Below, piece by piece: positions 57,501 through 64,000 of a stretch of 64,000 nucleotides of DNA; position 1 is the first letter of the stretch, and each line of letters starts with the position of its first letter. The position numbers were made by a program, and so were the translations under genes. The DNA is taken from contig DAOTUA010000179.1 in assembly GCA_034437355.1 (NCBI GenBank), positions 1,790-65,789 on the forward strand, written 5' to 3'. The notes under the pieces are model-generated. The model was not told the origin of the DNA. It ran no database searches and saw nothing but the letters and a program-made list of their open reading frames with translations. This DNA comes from Anaerolineae bacterium. GTDB lineage: Bacteria; Chloroflexota; Anaerolineae; Aggregatilineales; Phototrophicaceae.

Positions 57501-57894
57501 GCACCCCCGTAAAGATATACCCCAACGCCGTTACCGCCACCAACCCCAGTAAAACTAGCGTGCCCGTATTCCCATCTTGGGGCGTATCCGCCGTTAAAAA
57601 CGCCCACAACAACAATAGCATCATCCCCACCGTCACCGCCCGTTCCAACGGCGGCAAGATCGCCCGCGCCTCCTGCCCGCTATACACACTAAACACCGCC
57701 CCCGCTACCACAAAAAACCACCCCGCTACCGCCCCCAACAACGCCATGCCATAGACCGCCGCCGTGTGGCTCTGCGGGCGCTTCAAGCGTTGCCCATAAG
57801 CGATCATCAACCCGGTGCTGAGCATCAGCACCACAATCACATGATAGAAAAAATCGCCCGGTGTCCGAATAAACAAATCTGTGAACGTAAGCAA
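54556..57894 (-). CDS. giant sensor histidine-kinase-like protein: polytopic membrane N-terminus, GAF-like region, ~400-aa coiled coil, HisKA-like plus HATPase_c domains; H-box His replaced by Asp
   Basis: 1112-aa ORF with a TTG start (GAGGGG upstream). It has about 7-8 hydrophobic segments in the first ~240 aa. The long E/R/L/Q-rich coiled coil begins LQRELTSLRIRLDDERTRLK. The H-box reads MVDSLRTPMTSIVGYIDLL. The N box (LLTNAY), G1 (DSGGGIP), F (VFARRY) and G2 (GDTGVGLSIA) motifs are intact. Confidence 0.85.
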   Translation of the reverse strand: MLTFTDLFIRTPGDFFYHVIVVLMLSTGLMIAYGQRLKRPQSHTAAVYGMALLGAVAGWFFVVAGAVFSVYSGQEARAILPPLERAVTVGMMLLLLWAFLTADTPQDGNTGTLVLLGLVAVTALGYIFTGVQWVGASADTDFNLSLYGLVWTFAQAVVALGGGVLIAIGFRRVLDAPLKFLFVLILLAGYGGTLWQMATGRIIGDYSGLGRMGLFLAIPIVPYVLYRKVIYGYELVIQAQQHQTPRPVVPASSPETVAASEVTVAAPLSASKAGGNSSPVERESVQLLRTLGLILEGTAPADIPARIVRASVEVLKADVGALLGVKDANYADILTAYDHAMRRPIPAMLSLNLDQQMTLANAIDRKQQRPLLPDRNWEELEDLYSRLDVPQIGPAYFQPLMRDRELIAVLVVALPYGKRELRDAERELLKGIGIISGSLLALSYAADDARTRAEERVIHAMVSGMPLDEITDVDIARGQQEMRDALEGARVQNEALQRELTSLRIRLDDERTRLKRVLGDTQEGMSVTQRIEALNDEHERLRYERDQLAQRLQEAETALTTATGTDEDALFQTQIETLNREKAELTVELEALRDQLTELEGIEGEAAPEKAADVLEGMTRERERLEAGKEELNTRLLSVQDELEALGIDGGTLGLTQLVQQLYEQRAVLQARAEKLQVERDALLNERQRFEKRIRAEDERETQIETMGAEIRHLATDREAITRQRDALRQERKQLQAKLDRIKEQRARLLADVSTYQEDITELQDRVETVRATLQRVTEERNTLATQHESLRAEFQTVQNERDQLLARIEGNRERLEQLSNEAHEDLRSVMREITTERDDLKAELNAMQIVLEEVERRLSVPTPPDQAQGTNGTGANPELLMSMVDSLRTPMTSIVGYIDLLVSESAGLLSEMQRKFIQRISANVVRLDTMLNDLSHITALDTGMHQLTPEPTSVIALVEDAITNATYQFREKDLTVQILLDDSVPDVNADRDSIEQVVGQLLTNAYLVSPAETAVTIRASLEQSDELAQVVVAVMDSGGGIPEDEQSEVFARRYRTEHQLVTGLGDTGVGLSIAKALVEAHEGQMWFEVEPGQGTTFVMALPVGFPVEVGA

Positions 57895-57983
57895 GGCACC
57901 CCTCGCAGAAACCTACCGACTAATTAGAAACTCAAGATCGAAACCTACAAATATGATGAATGTTTAGCCTGTTTTTATCAAAG

Positions 57984-58162
57984 GGGGATAAAGCCCCCTT
58001 GCAAGCGTTTGAGAGTAGCACCCTCAAGAACGACCCAGCATTTAAGCTAGGCGCTATCGACGTTTGAAATTTCGATCTCATTAAAGACTACAACGATTCA
58101 AAACGTAGGGGCATAGTGTGCTTGGGTTCAGCACGCGGAACCCCTACAATCACCGTTTTTTT
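57984..58162. repeat. composite intergenic repeat: a module shared with 10211..10264, followed by a ~120-nt module (58044..58162) that recurs inverted at 62558..62683
   Basis: The ~120-nt module is AAGCTAGGCGCTATCGACGTTTGAAATTTCGATCTCATTAAAGACTACAACGATTCAAAACGTAGGGGCATAGTGTGCTTGGGTTCAGCACGCGGAACCCCTACAATCACCGTTTTTTT. A 24-nt core, TGAAATTTCGATCTCATTAAAGAC, is identical in both copies. Confidence 0.8.
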
Positions 58163-58247
58163 GCCTAAATGTCAACACAACTTAAGTATAGCACGCCCGT
58201 TTTATTTGCAGCTTGCCCCAAGGTTTTATAACCGTTAGAACCCGATC

Positions 58248-58274
58248 AAAAAAAGGCGAGCCAATCGGCCCGCC
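58248..58274 (-). terminator. rho-independent terminator of the DUF59 gene
   Basis: The minus-strand RNA is GGCGGGCC-GAUU-GGCUCGCC followed by UUUUUUU, ~30 nt after the stop at 58307. Confidence 0.7.
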
Positions 58275-58306
58275 CCATATCCCGTAACAGCGCAGCAAAC
58301 TCTCGT

Positions 58307-58612
58307 CTAAAACAGGCCCCAATCATCCGCCGCGCCATCCTCCATCATCGATGGGTCCCACATCTCCAACCCCATCTCAATCGTCGTCGGGCGCTCCAGA
58401 TAATCCTGCGCTGTCCGCCGCGTTTGTTCCAGTAATTGCGGCGCATACGGGCAGAAAGGCGTCGTCATGATCATGATCACATGGCCCTTATCTTCTTCAA
58501 TCTCCGTCATCCGCACCAACCCCAACTCAATGATATTCATCCCGATCTCCGGGTCGATCACACTCCGTAACGCTTCAATCAAACCTTCTTCTGTCTTAGT
58601 CGTTGTCGTCAT
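58307..58612 (-). CDS. DUF59 / SufT-like Fe-S cluster assembly protein
   Basis: 101-aa ORF. LIEALRSVIDPEIGMNIIELGLV and TTPFCP are typical DUF59 (MIP18/PaaD-like) motifs. It is divergent from sufC. Confidence 0.85.
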   Translation of the reverse strand: MTTTTKTEEGLIEALRSVIDPEIGMNIIELGLVRMTEIEEDKGHVIMIMTTPFCPYAPQLLEQTRRTAQDYLERPTTIEMGLEMWDPSMMEDGAADDWGLF

Positions 58613-58691
58613 TTTCTATCACTTTCTAACCTTGTTATTAGATGCCCATCTTCCCTGTGATGTTAACATAAGGTCCAGATGACGTCAATTT

Positions 58692-58709
58692 TTATGATGA
58701 CAATCATAA
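58692..58709. promoter_or_regulatory. 7-4-7 inverted repeat TTATGAT-gaca-ATCATAA abutting the suf promoter -35 box; candidate operator
   Basis: Read directly. It is AT-rich and centred ~13 nt upstream of the -35 hexamer, in the divergent DUF59/sufC control region. Confidence 0.4.
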
Positions 58710-58712
58710 TTA

Positions 58713-58741
58713 TTGACACCTCCCCCACAACTTGCTATACT
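58713..58741 (+). promoter_or_regulatory. near-consensus sigma-70-type promoter for sufCBD
   Basis: TTGACA, a 17-nt spacer, then TATACT, ~75 nt upstream of the sufC ATG. Confidence 0.55.
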
Positions 58742-58814
58742 ATCCCAAGTTCGTACTACAGGGTACACAAGAAATTTTACACCCCTTAAATCACACTCAG
58801 GAGGATACGCTCGC

Positions 58815-59600
58815 ATGGGCGCAAAAATAGAAATCCGTAACCTTCATGCTATCGTCACCGACCAACCCGAAACCCCCATTCTGCGTGGCGTAAACCTAAC
58901 CGTACAGCAAGGCGAAATTCACGCTCTCATGGGGCCGAACGGCTCCGGCAAAAGCACACTCGCCAACGTTCTTGCTGGCAATCCCGCCTACGAAGTCATT
59001 GAAGGCGAAATTCTTTTTAATGGCGAAAACCTGCTCGATATGGAACCGGACGAGCGCAGCCGCGAAGGGATATTCCTTGCCTTCCAATATCCTGTCTCCA
59101 TCCCCGGCGTTACCCTGGCTAACTTCCTGCGCCAAGCGATCAACTCGCGCTACAAAGCAGAAGACCCAGATAGCAAAGGCATCTCAATTCCTAAGTTCCG
59201 CCGTATGATGAAAGAAAAGATGGACTACCTCGGTATCGACCATAAATTCGCTGGTCGTTACCTTAACGAAGGCTTCAGCGGTGGCGAAAAGAAACGCGCC
59301 GAAGTGCTGCAAATGGCCGTCCTCGAACCCCAATTCGCCATCCTCGATGAAACCGACTCCGGCCTCGATATTGACGCCCTGCGCACCGTTGCCGAAGGCG
59401 TTAACAAACTCGTCGGGCCAGACCTCGGCGTTCTCGTCATCACCCACTATCAGCGCATCCTCGACTACATCAAGCCTCATAACGTTCATATCATGCTCGA
59501 CGGGCGCATTGTCGAAAACGGCGGGCCAGACCTCGCCCTCAAACTGGAAGCCGAAGGCTACGACTGGATTCGCGAAAAATACGAATCCGTCACCGAATAA
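58815..59600 (+). CDS. sufC: Fe-S cluster assembly ATPase SufC
   Basis: The ATG at 58815 has AGGAGGA ~9 nt upstream, whereas the track start at 58713 lies inside the promoter. Motifs are MGAKIEIRNLHA..., Walker A GPNGSGKST, the ABC signature FSGGEKKR and Walker B AILDETDSGLD. Confidence 0.95.
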   Translation: MGAKIEIRNLHAIVTDQPETPILRGVNLTVQQGEIHALMGPNGSGKSTLANVLAGNPAYEVIEGEILFNGENLLDMEPDERSREGIFLAFQYPVSIPGVTLANFLRQAINSRYKAEDPDSKGISIPKFRRMMKEKMDYLGIDHKFAGRYLNEGFSGGEKKRAEVLQMAVLEPQFAILDETDSGLDIDALRTVAEGVNKLVGPDLGVLVITHYQRILDYIKPHNVHIMLDGRIVENGGPDLALKLEAEGYDWIREKYESVTE

Positions 59601-59648
59601 GCCACCCACCACCCATCACGTTATTTATTAAACTACGGAGCTAACCCC

Positions 59649-61103
59649 ATGGTTCAAGATTACATCCCAAGCGAAAAAGAATTAACCGAAGAAGAATCCA
59701 ACTTACATGATGTTCGTGGCTCCTATGACGAACAATACGGCTTTCATATGCCGGAAAACTACAACTTCAAAAGCGAAAAGGGCCTCACCGAAGAAATGGT
59801 CCGCAACATCAGCCAGATGAAAAACGAACCCCAATGGATGACCGACAACCGCGTCGAAGCTCATCGCATCTTTGAAGCCAAGCCCACACCCCAATGGGGC
59901 GGCGGCGGCCTACTCGATACCATTGACTACGCCGACATCCATTACTTTGTACGCGCCACCGACGGCCAGGGCCGCGACTGGGACGAAGTACCGGACGAAA
60001 TCCGCGAAACCTTCGACCGCCTCGGCATCCCACAAGCCGAAGCCGAATTCCTCCAAGGTGTTAGCGCACAGTACGAATCCGAAGTCGTCTACCACAAGCT
60101 CCGCGAAGACCTCGAACAAAAGGGCGTGCTATTCACCGACATGGATACCGCCATGCGCGAACACGAAGATATCGTTAAAGAATACTTCGGTACCATCATC
60201 CCCGCCGACGACAACAAGTTCGCTGCCCTTAACACCGCCGTCTGGTCCGGTGGGTCTTTCATCTACGTCCCCCCCGGCGTTCACGTTGAAATGCCACTCC
60301 AGGCTTACTTCCGCATCAACACGGAAAGCATGGGGCAGTTCGAGCGTACCCTCATCATCGTCGATGAAGGGGCCTATGTCCACTATGTAGAAGGGTGTAC
60401 CGCCCCCACCTACAGCCGCGACAGCCTACACAGCGCCGTTGTGGAAATTGTCGTCAAAGAGGGCGGACGCTGCCGTTATACCACCATTCAGAACTGGTCC
60501 AATAACGTCTATAACCTCGTGACCAAACGAGCCGCCGCCTATAAAAATGCCACCATGGAATGGGTCGATGGTAACCTCGGCTCTAAGCTCACCATGAAAT
60601 ACCCCGCCGTCCTGCTCATGGAAGAAGGCGCACACGGTGAAGTGCTATCCATCGCCTTTGCTGGCAAGGGACAACACCAAGACGCCGGCGCGAAAATTAC
60701 CCACCTGGCACCCAATACCACCAGCCAGATTATCTCCAAATCCATCGGTAAAGATGGCGGGCGCGGCAGCTATCGCGGCCTACTCAAGATCGATGAGAAC
60801 GCCCACAACTCCAAGAGCAACGTTGTCTGCGATGCACTGTTGCTAGACGACCAAAGCCGTTCCGATACTTACCCCTATATCGAAATCGAAGCTCAAAATG
60901 TTACCATGGGCCACGAAGCATCCGTCAGCAAAGTTGGCGAAGAACAACTCTTCTACGCCATGAGTCGCGGCCTCAGCGAAGCCGAAGCCAACGCCATGAT
61001 CGTCAACGGTTTCTTAGAACCACTCGTGAAAGAACTCCCGATGGAATACGCAATGGAACTCAACCGCCTGATCCAGATTCAGCTTGAAGGCTCCATCGGC
61101 TAA
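59649..61103 (+). CDS. sufB: Fe-S cluster assembly scaffold SufB
   Basis: 484-aa ORF with typical SufB sequence ([37 protein letters not shown]). Confidence 0.95.
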   Translation: MVQDYIPSEKELTEEESNLHDVRGSYDEQYGFHMPENYNFKSEKGLTEEMVRNISQMKNEPQWMTDNRVEAHRIFEAKPTPQWGGGGLLDTIDYADIHYFVRATDGQGRDWDEVPDEIRETFDRLGIPQAEAEFLQGVSAQYESEVVYHKLREDLEQKGVLFTDMDTAMREHEDIVKEYFGTIIPADDNKFAALNTAVWSGGSFIYVPPGVHVEMPLQAYFRINTESMGQFERTLIIVDEGAYVHYVEGCTAPTYSRDSLHSAVVEIVVKEGGRCRYTTIQNWSNNVYNLVTKRAAAYKNATMEWVDGNLGSKLTMKYPAVLLMEEGAHGEVLSIAFAGKGQHQDAGAKITHLAPNTTSQIISKSIGKDGGRGSYRGLLKIDENAHNSKSNVVCDALLLDDQSRSDTYPYIEIEAQNVTMGHEASVSKVGEEQLFYAMSRGLSEAEANAMIVNGFLEPLVKELPMEYAMELNRLIQIQLEGSIG

Positions 61104-61188
61104 ACCCGACTCAAAACCATGCTATCGCGGGGGTACACACTGTGCCCCCGTTTGATTTAAACACCGCAATCACACAAAGGAGATTTAC

Positions 61189-62526
61189 GTGGTCGTTGTA
61201 AAACGTCGCTCAGACCGAGCCGAAACCCCCGTCTACACCCGCCAAGATGTCGAAACCCTCGTCGCCAAACATAACGAACCCGACTGGCTTAAAACCTTCC
61301 GCCTCAACGCCTGGGATATCTACGAAAATACCCCCATGCCCACCCTACAAGACGAAGCCTGGCGGCGCACCGACTACCGCCACATCAACTGGGAACAGGC
61401 CTCCAAACCCATCCAGGCCGATAACCCCTCACTCGATGTCGTCCCCGCCGACAAACTCGCCCCACTCATGGGCGAAGAACACGGCGCACTCATGGTCTTT
61501 GTCGATGGCGTCCTCGTCCATGCCGACATCCCCGCCGCCCTCACCGACCAAGGCGTCACCTTCAAAGACTTACGCACCGCCGCCAAAGAAAACCCAGACC
61601 TCGTGCAAAAGTACCTCATGACCCAGGCCGTGCCCCCCACCGACGGCAAATTCGCCGCCCTGCACGCCGCCCTCTGGGATTTCGGCTGGCTTGTCCACGT
61701 CCCGCGTAGCGTCGTCGCCGAAATCCCCATGCACATTGTCGTTTACAACACCCAGGACGGCGCAACCATGGGCCACTCTCTCATCGTTGTCGAAGAAAAC
61801 GCCCAGGCAACCGTTCTCGTAGACTACGCCTCCGCCGATGGCTCCGCCCACTCAGCCTACATCAGCGCCACCGAACTACTCATCGGCGACAGCGCCAACC
61901 TGCGCTACGTCGCCCTCCAAGCCTTCAACCGCCAAACCTTCGAGTTCAGCCACCAACAAGCCCACATCGGACGACAAGCCAACCTCGATTGGATCATCGG
62001 CGTGCTAGGCACCCAATTCACCAAATCCTTTATCGAAATGGATGTAGACGGCATCGGCGGGACAGGCCGCGTCTCTGGCTTTTTCTTCGCAGACAAAGAA
62101 CAACTTTTCGACCTGGACACCCAACAAAATCACAACGCCCCCAGCACCGTAACCGATCTACTCTTTAAAGGGTCCGCCAAATCCTACGCTCGCACCGTCT
62201 GGCAGGGCATGATCAAATCCCTCCCGCAAATGCAAAAAATCGACGGCTTCCAGGCCAGCCGCAACCTTATGCTAGACGATACCGTCCGTATGGATGGCAT
62301 CCCCGGCCTGGAGATCGAAGCCGATGACGTGATTTGCTCCCACGCCGCCACCTTCGGCACCCTCGAAGAAGAACCGATTCACTACCTCATGAGCCGCGGC
62401 ATCCCACGCGGGCAAGCCGAACTCATGATGATTAACGGCTTCTTCGATGAACTCCTCCAGCGCATCCCCTTTGATAAAGTCGTGGACCGCCTACAGGAAG
62501 CCGTCGAAACTAAGATTCTCAGCTAA
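61189..62526 (+). CDS. sufD: Fe-S cluster assembly protein SufD
   Basis: 445-aa ORF with a GTG start (AGGAG 6 nt upstream). It has the SufB/D-family beta-helix C-terminus (SHAATFGTLEEEPIHYLMSRGIPRGQAELMMINGF). Confidence 0.9.
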   Translation: MVVVKRRSDRAETPVYTRQDVETLVAKHNEPDWLKTFRLNAWDIYENTPMPTLQDEAWRRTDYRHINWEQASKPIQADNPSLDVVPADKLAPLMGEEHGALMVFVDGVLVHADIPAALTDQGVTFKDLRTAAKENPDLVQKYLMTQAVPPTDGKFAALHAALWDFGWLVHVPRSVVAEIPMHIVVYNTQDGATMGHSLIVVEENAQATVLVDYASADGSAHSAYISATELLIGDSANLRYVALQAFNRQTFEFSHQQAHIGRQANLDWIIGVLGTQFTKSFIEMDVDGIGGTGRVSGFFFADKEQLFDLDTQQNHNAPSTVTDLLFKGSAKSYARTVWQGMIKSLPQMQKIDGFQASRNLMLDDTVRMDGIPGLEIEADDVICSHAATFGTLEEEPIHYLMSRGIPRGQAELMMINGFFDELLQRIPFDKVVDRLQEAVETKILS

Positions 62527-62557
62527 CTGAATTTTCTAGGTTCTGTTGACGTTTACC

Positions 62558-62683
62558 AAAAAAAACTGGTGATTGTAGGGCTTAAGCGTGCTGAACGCAG
62601 GGCATAGCACGCTATGCCCTACATTTTGAGCCGTTGTGGTCTTTAATGAGATCGAAATTTCAGATGTCAACACAACCTAGCTT
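62558..62683. repeat. inverted copy of the ~120-nt repeat module at 58044..58162
   Basis: The reverse complement is AAGCTAGGTTGTGTTGACATCTGAAATTTCGATCTCATTAAAGACCACAACGGCTCAAAATGTAGGGCATAGCGTGCTATGCCCTGCGTTCAGCACGCTTAAGCCCTACAATCACCAGTTTTTTTT. Confidence 0.8.
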
Positions 62684-62695
62684 AGCCGTCAATTT

Positions 62696-62721
62696 GTAGG
62701 TGAGGGCCACCGTGCCCTCCC
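62696..62721. repeat. GTAGG hairpin element (GTAGGTGAGGGCCACCGTGCCCTCCC)
   Basis: It has the same 26-nt core as 44835..44860 and the reverse complement of 49444..49468. Confidence 0.7.
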
Positions 62722-62762
62722 ACCGACAACCTGACCGTTTTTGACAGGAGGCAATAATACCC

Positions 62763-63095
62763 ATGTCCGACTACCGAACCGTCGCCCAAACCAGCGACAT
62801 CGACCCCGGCGAAGTCTTACTCGTCACCTTCGGGCGTATGATGGTCCTGCTCTTTAATGTAAATGGCACCTACTACGCCATAGAAGACCGCTGCTCCCAT
62901 GCCGATGTCGAACTCAGCGGCGGCACAATCGATCTCAACACCTGCCAAATACAATGCCCCAAACACGGTGCAGAATTCGACATCAAAACCGGGGCCGCCC
63001 TCAGCCCGCCCGCCATCGCCCCCGTCATGACCTTCGATGTGCGTGTCGAAGGCCAAAATATCCAACTCGCACGCAAAACAAGGCGCACCTCATGA
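62763..63095 (+). CDS. Rieske [2Fe-2S] ferredoxin-like protein
   Basis: 110-aa ORF with Rieske ligand motifs CSHADVELSGG and CPKHGAEF. A Rieske gene is a frequent member of actinobacterial-type suf clusters. Confidence 0.85.
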   Translation: MSDYRTVAQTSDIDPGEVLLVTFGRMMVLLFNVNGTYYAIEDRCSHADVELSGGTIDLNTCQIQCPKHGAEFDIKTGAALSPPAIAPVMTFDVRVEGQNIQLARKTRRTS

Positions 63096-63871
63096 CACCC
63101 GATGAGCGCCTCGCCGCCTTCTACCGCGATGACCGCCCCCTCGTCTTCGCCCACCGTGGCGCGATGGCCCACGCCCCCATGAACACCCTCGCCGCTTTCC
63201 AACTCGCCGAACAACACGGCGCAGACGGCATCGAACTTGATGTCTGGATCACGCAAGACGACCAGATTGTCGTTATCCACGACTTTGAGCTAAACCATAC
63301 AACCAACGGCGAAGGACGCATCGGCTCAACCACACTCGACACTATCCGCCAGCTTGACGCCGGTAGCTGGTTCTCCGACAAATTCGCCGGCCAAAAAGTC
63401 CCCACCCTCAACGATGTCTTTGAAACCCTTCGCGACGATACCCTCGTCAACATTGAAATTAAATCGCTCCAACTCCAAAACCAACACGTCGCCTGGCATA
63501 CTATCGAATGTATCAAAGCCCACAACCGACAAGAGCGTGTCCTCATCTCCTCCTTTAACCCGCTCGTCCTCCGCCAGGTCCGCAGCATCGCCCCAGAACT
63601 TCCCCTCGGCTATCTCGAATCCCCAGAGATCAAATGGCGTATTAAAATGCTGCTGATCGGCCTACGCTTCCACGCCTGGCACCCAGAAAACGTCCAGATC
63701 ACTGCCACCAACGTCGCCCGCGCCCACCAACGCGGGCGCAAAGTTAACACCTGGACCGTCAACGACCCCGCCGAAGCCCGCCGCCTCCGCGACTTGGGTG
63801 TAGATATGCTCATCACCGACGACCCCGCCCTCATCCTGCAAGCTCTTACCGAAAGCCCACCCGATGCCTAA
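63092..63871 (+). CDS. glycerophosphodiester phosphodiesterase family protein
   Basis: The ATG overlaps the Rieske stop codon (ATGA at 63092-63095). Motifs are FAHRGAMAHAPMNTLAAFQLA..GADGIELDV and VNTWTVNDP. Confidence 0.85.
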   Translation: MTPDERLAAFYRDDRPLVFAHRGAMAHAPMNTLAAFQLAEQHGADGIELDVWITQDDQIVVIHDFELNHTTNGEGRIGSTTLDTIRQLDAGSWFSDKFAGQKVPTLNDVFETLRDDTLVNIEIKSLQLQNQHVAWHTIECIKAHNRQERVLISSFNPLVLRQVRSIAPELPLGYLESPEIKWRIKMLLIGLRFHAWHPENVQITATNVARAHQRGRKVNTWTVNDPAEARRLRDLGVDMLITDDPALILQALTESPPDA

Positions 63872-64000
63872 CTTATGGTGGCGGATCGTTCGCTTCGGGT
63901 TCCGCCTGCTCTACAACGAATTGGCCTTCACCTACGATACCGTCAGCAACGTTGTCTCGCTGGGACAGTGGCGCTGCTGGCAACGAACCGCCCTGGCCCA
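63864..64000 (+). CDS. N-terminal fragment of a probable class I SAM-dependent methyltransferase; continues beyond the right edge
   Basis: My translation from ATG 63864 (8-nt overlap with the GDPD stop) is MPNLWWRIVRFGFRLLYNELAFTYDTVSNVVSLGQWRCWQRTALA. This N-terminal pattern resembles methyltransferase-type-11 proteins I remember from cyanobacteria and Chloroflexi. Only ~45 codons are visible. Confidence 0.4.
   Translation, partial: MPNLWWRIVRFGFRLLYNELAFTYDTVSNVVSLGQWRCWQRTALA

Noticed and set aside
58061-58093. GTTTGAAATTTCGATCTCATTAAAGACTACAAC looks superficially like a CRISPR repeat (GTTT...start, ~33 nt).
   Set aside because: Only two copies exist in the window, 4.5 kb apart and in opposite orientation. 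They are embedded in a longer shared repeat, with no regular repeat-spacer periodicity and no cas genes. I treat it as part of a dispersed intergenic repeat instead.
57895-58306. A hidden tRNA, sRNA or small gene in the 412-nt gap upstream of the histidine kinase.
   Set aside because: I found no T-loop (GGTTCGAATCC-like) motif or cloverleaf, and no convincing ORF. The space is filled by the composite repeats and the DUF59 terminator. An sRNA cannot be excluded without expression data.

Overview
This is a GC-rich bacterial chromosomal segment, densely coding on both strands and mostly housekeeping. The gene content suggests a Chloroflexota-like organism: DUF4397/SH3b envelope proteins, Pro/Thr-rich linkers, several Ser/Thr kinases, citramalate-route isoleucine synthesis, and a suf cluster with Rieske and DUF59 genes. 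That assignment is inference only.

Gene order, left to right:
- partial CpaF/TadA secretion ATPase
- NAPRTase-family enzyme
- adenosine-kinase-like PfkB kinase plus ahcY
- two DUF4397 envelope proteins
- a lone CoA-transferase subunit
- two convergent Ser/Thr kinases
- dGTPase
- coiled-coil protein
- murA plus S41 peptidase
- ADP-ribosylglycohydrolase plus YjbR
- wHTH-STAND-TPR regulator
- RlmI-like methyltransferase
- an 804-aa protein of unknown family, packed behind an SxtJ-like / carbamoyltransferase / DUF5989-like triad
- an ~11.6-kb minus-strand branched-chain amino-acid super-operon (ilvE-ilvB-ilvN-ilvC-leuA-leuC-leuD-cimA-lipoprotein-leuB)
- argH, argG, thrC and divergent thrB
- a CAP-domain repeat protein
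- an envelope cluster (CelD-like GNAT, GT4, LCP, LysM protein, giant histidine kinase)
- DUF59 and sufCBD, Rieske, GDPD
- a partial methyltransferase

I recognised no rRNA, tRNA, CRISPR array, transposase or integrase.

Most noteworthy observations:
1. An unlisted 27-codon Val/Ile/Leu-rich leader ORF with competing antiterminator and terminator structures sits upstream of ilvE. It has its own near-consensus promoter.
2. Intrinsic-terminator hairpins lie only 25-35 nt upstream of the ilvE, leuA and argG start codons. The argG one follows an Arg-codon-rich mini-ORF.
3. The carbamoyltransferase module includes a 56-codon DUF5989-like ORF below the ORF-track cutoff. It is tightly linked to the 804-aa unknown protein.
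4. A 1112-aa histidine kinase has Asp in place of the H-box phospho-acceptor His.
5. A family of GTAGG...CCTAC REP-like hairpin repeats is scattered through the window. Two ~120-nt inverted copies bracket the suf genes.

All family calls rest on motifs read by eye. No database search was possible.
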